In this document: positions 46,201 to 64,000 of the stretch, piece by piece
How the letters are laid out: the number at the start of each line of letters is the position of its first letter
How positions within the stretch are numbered: the stretch's first letter is position 1
Source: Camelus ferus
Taxonomy: Eukaryota
Assembly: GCF_009834535.1 (NCBI RefSeq)
Contig: NC_045711.1
Location: 50,840,001-50,904,000, forward strand
DNA: 64,000 nt
Direction of reading: 5' to 3'
Made by a program: the position numbers and the translations under genes
Notes under the pieces: model-generated
Databases searched by the model: none
What the model was told of the DNA's origin: nothing
The model's input: only the letters and a program-made list of their open reading frames with translations

Positions 46201-49200
46201 TAGAACTCAGCAGGGAAGGAACCCCAGGGTTCAGAGACCAACCACACATAGCATTCTTCCCAAGTGGCTTGCTCCAGGTGACCCTATAGATAAAGAGGCT
46301 GGGCTTCTGGCCTCTGGTAGGGGCCAAGGGTGCATCTGCCCCAACCCTGGGGCTTGGGCCAGTAATAGATACTCACCAGTGGCCACAACTGTGGCTAGGA
46401 GGCTGTCGTCCACAGTGAGCAGCAGTGGCAGAGGAGTGCCAAGTAAGGGCATCGGCCTTGGATGACCCTGTAGACAGCCAGCAGGGCCACAGGACTGGCT
46501 CTCTCCTCTGTCCCCACCGGGCAACCTTCCAACTCAGGGACCCTGGCCCAGAGAAGCAACTTCATTCAGAGCCAGGGTATCTGAGCAGCTCTACAGGTTC
46601 TCAGCTTCTGCCTCTGCTTGTCCTGGTCGATACCATGCCAGGACCTATAGATGTCCTATAGATGGGAAGGCACTCCACTTTGCAGGCCTGGCAGACATAA
46701 GGGTCCCTCAACAACTGGCAGGGGACAGGGTGGGCAGGAAGACTCAGCCTCTGCTAAACCCAGAAGACAGCCAGGGGAGCTCCAACTCACCCAGATGTCT
46801 ATGCTTCTCAGTCCCAATCCCCTTCTAGCCTGACTCTGCCCCTGGCCCCTCCTCTACTTCCCATTGGCCCAGATAACTGGGCGCCACATGCCAGTTGGCT
46901 GTCCTCTGGTCTTTGCATCCATCTCTAATGGAACTGAGGTGTCCATAGTTGTCCTGGAAACTGTGCACAAAATACAAGTCTCTCTCCCCAGGCCCTCTCC
47001 TTCCAAAGGAATTCTTGTGCAGCTCCAGGGGCCCAGCCCACCCCACCTTAGCCTAGCCAGTCTCCCGATTTTGCCCCAGGGGCCCAGCCAGGGGAGGATT
47101 TCAAAGCCTAAAAAAGCTCAACCCTATGGAAAGATAAAGGTGGAAAACACTGTTGACCAGGAATTCAGGCAGAGAAGCTGCACTCGCACTTGCTTCAGTG
47201 ATCTGGATGGGGGAGAGGACAGGAGAGGAGGGCCTGCACGCCAGCCCCACACTCTGACCACTCCAGTCCCACAGACACTTCTCACTCACAGGGCCAAGAT
47301 GAGCCGGCCAGAGCAGTGGGGGTGGGGCTGGGCTTTGTGAATCAGCATTGCCTGGGGGAGCTTCGAATCCATAGCAAGGGTGGGTTGCCACCTCAGACCA
47401 ATTAACGCAGAACCCTCAGTCAGGATCCCAATCCACTGGGCTAAAAGTGCAAGCTCAAAGTGTTCACAGCAGTGACAGTAACTAGAACCTGGCAGGGGCT
47501 GGGGCTGAAACAGACTGCATGTCCCACCCAAGTTCAAAAAATAAGACTGGAAAAAGGTGCGCTAGTCCATAGCATAGCCGTAGCCTGGGTTAAGCCTGCA
47601 GGCTGGCCTGTGAACCCTTAGGCAGCAGACTCTAAATGTTCTGATATTTACTGCCTGTGCCTAATATGCTAAACCCATTACTAATTTTTCTTTTCATTGA
47701 CGTAAAGGTTGATGTAAAAAAAAGTTTTAGAGAACCAGAGTAGAGCTTCAGATAGGAAGCTCGACTAAAATTGGAGCCAGAAAAAAGCAATCATCTCAGG
47801 CCCTGAACCCAAGCACTATTTCCTTGGGAGTTTTTGCTGTTACCGGCCCTTAGAGCAGGAGAATGTGGTGGCAGAGGGGTGTGGAGTCCTCCTGCTTCCA
47901 TCTGAAGCCCGCAGCCACCACCTAATCATTTTGACTTTGGGTTCATCATTTCAGGTTCCTGATGTGCTAAACGAAGATAATAGAAGTGCCCGCCCCACAG
48001 GGTTCTGAGGATTAAATGAGATACTGCATGCAGGGTCAGCACAGTGGCTGAACAAGCAGAAAGCCAAAGGCTGCTACTGGTGGTCAGGGGTGCCCTCTCC
48101 TGGCAACTTGAAAAACTTGACATGTTCAGGACCTTTTGTTCCCCAGGCTGAGCTGACCAGGCCCTGGTGACTGGCTGACAGGGTGATTTTAAAGGTCTGA
48201 GAAACCTTCACCCTTGCTCCCACGTAAAGTAAGGAATGATACCCCTTGCTAACAATGGCAGGAGAGTCGGAGGGGAGAAAGGGCTTGAGAAAAAGAGGGA
48301 GGTCGGACAAACCTTCCCATGTGGCCCTCCCAGGTCCTAAAGCAATGGCTAGGAACCCAAACTACCACTGCTTCTGCCTCTAAAGGGGCAATGAAAACCA
48401 CCAGGCCCTGGCTGGGATGGCCTCTGTTCTTGAGGGTGCCTGATAACTCACGGGCCCTGGTGACGCCAAACGCAGAGAAGCCAGCCTCTGGCTGCAAGGG
48501 AACAAGCGCTGGGTTGGGACCCTGACAAACTGAACTGGCTCTCCTGCTGGCCTGCTGGGTGGCAATGAGGAAGTCTCTGAGCATCTCTGGGCCTGTTTGT
48601 TTACCCCTCAGAAAAAGAGGGATCTGGATTGGATGGTTTCTTGTGTCCCTTCTGGCTCTTGAATGGATTCTAAACTGCTCCCACTCTGGGGGCATGAGAC
48701 CTCCACCTTCTGCCAAAGCACCAGCCAAGACTTTCAGGAGAAGGCCCAACAGTGATGGCTCACTTGTCAGCCAGGAGGAAAAACAGAGGCTTGGTTTAGA
48801 GAGATAGATATATTTCTTCTGTTGCATATTTCAGACTCGACACTGAGCTTCAGGCACAATGCTGCTCCAGGTTCTTCTGAGAGCCCCAGCAGAGTCTTCT
48901 TCCCATGCTGCTCACGAGGGCTTGCCCCTGCAGGGCGGGAGCCCCAGCCCTGCTTGCAGTTCAGGGTACCTGGGAGACTCTGCCGTAGTCCCAGTAGGTC
49001 CCAGTGCCCTGCCATTCTCATCAGGGGCAGGGTATGCTGGAAAGCCCTGGAGCCAGCCCCACCCCTTCTTCTGTGGTCCCCTGGCTGCAAGAGGAGAGGC
49101 TGACCCATTAGCATCCAGCTCCACAGTGCTCCCCTAAATCGCCTGTTCTCTGGCCCTCAGAGCCTGGCACCACACTTGCACCCCACAGAGCCTCGGCCGT

Positions 49201-49645
49201 GAGCACCACAGGCCAAGGCTGGGGAATGAGGTCCTGGAGAGCAAGGCAGGCCCAGCCACCCCCGGAGCAACAGCAGACGGGCTCGTCAGGCCCCTGCTCC
49301 CCAGGGCCATGGCCCACTTCCTGGGGCTGCTCTGAGCCCTATTGCACATCTTTTGTTTCCAGTTCATCCTCCACCACCCATTTTCCTTTAAAAAAAAAAT
49401 CAGAGGGGAAGGTGAGGAAGAGTGGGCCCTGGAAGCTGGAGCCCATGTTCCTGCCAATGTCTGGTCCCTAGCAGAGCCGTCAGCAGTAGTATTATGGCCA
49501 CCTTCCCTGCCGTCCACATGCGTTCTTGATGGTTGACATGGGTGCACTGCCTGGGCCTCTGGTTCTTGCCTGTGAGGAGGACGCCCCTCCACTGTTTGTA
49601 AGGTGCAATTCCCCAGGTCATCCGGGGGCGCTGGCTGGGGCCCTG

Positions 49646-63100
<13,455 letters not shown>

Positions 63101-63249
63101 GAGAAATTGTGTAAGTGCCACAGTCCCTGCTTAAAAACCCTGCAGGCCGCACCTGCCGGGCAAAGCCTAACTCCTTTAACTGGCATCTGAGGCCCTTCTC
63201 AAAGCCTTGTTTCCTCTCCTTCCCTCTTATCCTAAACATCTTCTGCTAG

Positions 63250-63442
63250 AGCCTTGGTTCTCGGACTCCAGGATACATCAGAATCGCCTGGAGGACTTGG
63301 TAAAACAGATTGCTGGTCCCCACTCTCAGAGTTTCTGCTTTGATAGATGGGGAGTGGGGGGTGGGGGGCTGAGAATTAGAATTTGCAATAAGTCCCAGAT
63401 GATGTTGATGTTGCTAGTCTGGGGGCACACTTGGAGAACTAG
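63250..63442. mobile_element. MER5A-like hAT-Charlie fossil
   Basis: CATCAGAATCGCCTGGAGGACTTGGTAAAACAGATTGCTGGTCCCCACTCTCAGAGTTTCTG...CACACTTGGAGAAC. Confidence 0.78.
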
Positions 63443-64000
63443 ACCTTTGCGCATGCTGTCTATTCCCTCCGCCCAGCCCTAGCAACTCCTCCCCTACTTC
63501 ACTCCCCCTCCCCATCAGTGGCCTCCTCCCTCAATGCTTACGCAGCACTGGACAGTCCAGAACTGATCACATATCTAATTGTGATTCCTCTGGCATCGTG
63601 CCTTCTTCACCTTTGAATACTTAGCCGGGCAACGGACACCCAGCAATGCTCAATAAATGTGGAAATAAAGAGCAGGTGAAGCCCAACTTCCTGTTGCACC
63701 AGCTGACCCCAACATTTTTGGAAAGCCTGGCGTGTTCAAGCACCGCATAGACAAGATCTGAACCCCTGCTGCCCTCCCCCGAACCTAGCAGGACCACTGA
63801 GAGACGGAAGGGGAGAAGAGGAAGAGCCGTGCGCAGGACAGCCAGGTGCACGCCCAACCGTGAAGAAGGAACCAATAAAAAGAGCAAAGCCAAGATTTAA
63901 GATTTATAATGAAGATTTAAGAACCATACACAAGAGATATGGAAAAAGAAATGGTTGGGGGGGGATTTGAAAGCAATGATAAAAGGGTTTGGAAATTGCT

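Overview
Mammalian genomic DNA, probably a camelid (alpaca/camel), judged from tRNA-derived SINEs of the GGGGAGGGTATAGCTCAGTGGTAGAG type. Gene order matches the human 17q21.33 block: ACSF2 (exon 1 only, -), LRRC59 (7 exons, +), EME1 (non-coding exon 1 plus 8 coding exons, -), MRPL27 (4 exons, +, head-to-head with EME1) and XYLT2 (11 exons, -; exon 9 fully hidden by Ns). I walked the exon boundaries by hand against remembered human protein sequences; all visible exons have GT-AG boundaries. Main oddities: (1) an apparent +1 frameshift in EME1 exon 8, with a +4 alternative acceptor that would restore the frame; (2) a ~7.8 kb decayed ERV (6552-14390, -) between ACSF2 and LRRC59, with a tRNA-Lys(CUU) primer site, a gamma-type env TM remnant, no recognisable pol and a 5' LTR collapsed to 85 bp; (3) an 83-nt EME1 intron with a weak GTCCTC donor; (4) N-runs that look like length-preserving hard masks, not assembly gaps. 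I found no convincing wholly new biological system. No searches were run; family names rest on motif recognition.
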